From: Trichoplax sp. H2
Taxonomy: Eukaryota
DNA: 20,518 bases
Assembly: GCA_003344405.1 (NCBI GenBank)
Contig: NOWV01000135.1
Location: 186,001 to 206,518 of the forward strand
Reading direction: 5' to 3'
Position 1 is the stretch's first letter. Each line of letters begins with the position of its first letter. The translations under genes were made by a program, and so were the position numbers. The notes beneath the pieces are model-generated. The model saw only the letters and a list, made by a program, of their open reading frames with translations, was not told the origin of the DNA and did no database searches. Below are positions 20,230 through 20,518 of this stretch, in pieces.

Positions 20230-20518
20230 CTAAAAATGAATGTCATGGTCAATTTTTACATCCTTTTGACTGTTTTTTTTATTCATAAATTGAAGGCAAG
20301 TCATTGAAGGGTGCTAAATTGTCATGGGTGTAATCCTATATTGGACTATTTTTGATGGCTAAAGAGGCTTGTCGAACTGGTGGATTACCATTTTCTTTTA
20401 ACACATGTTTAAGTGGCTCAGCAAGAGTGTCCAATACTACAGTATACTGTATAGTTGTACGCATACATACTACTCGTCTAGATCATGCTATGGAGATCAG
20501 ATTGAAGCAGTGTAACTA

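Noticed and set aside
20230-20518. CLEC16A first coding exon inside the window
   Set aside because: The candidate donors (~20388, ~20470, ~20473) give in-frame stops or no ATG and no convincing family match. The exon probably lies beyond the window.

Overview
AT-rich, intron-dense eukaryotic (animal) genomic DNA. The short GT-AG introns, mostly about 70-130 bp, would fit a compact invertebrate genome such as a placozoan, but the taxon is only an inference. The window holds two convergent genes. (1) A + strand SOCS gene with a single coding exon at 2172-2753 (SH2 + SOCS box, SOCS2/CISH-like), preceded by a compact promoter-like block with STAT-type GAS sites, a TATA box, E-box/M-box and AP-1 motifs, and a ~200 bp tandem duplication. 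(2) A - strand CLEC16A (gop-1/ema family) gene, for which I reconstructed 22 phase-consistent exons from 20229 down to 13078 (~1067 codons), including a 17-nt microexon. Its first exon was not found and probably lies beyond the window end. About 10 kb with no recognisable gene separates them. The most interesting signal is the tail-to-tail SOCS/CLEC16A pair, the same arrangement as human CLEC16A/SOCS1. This suggests very old microsynteny, together with a possible STAT->SOCS feedback promoter.
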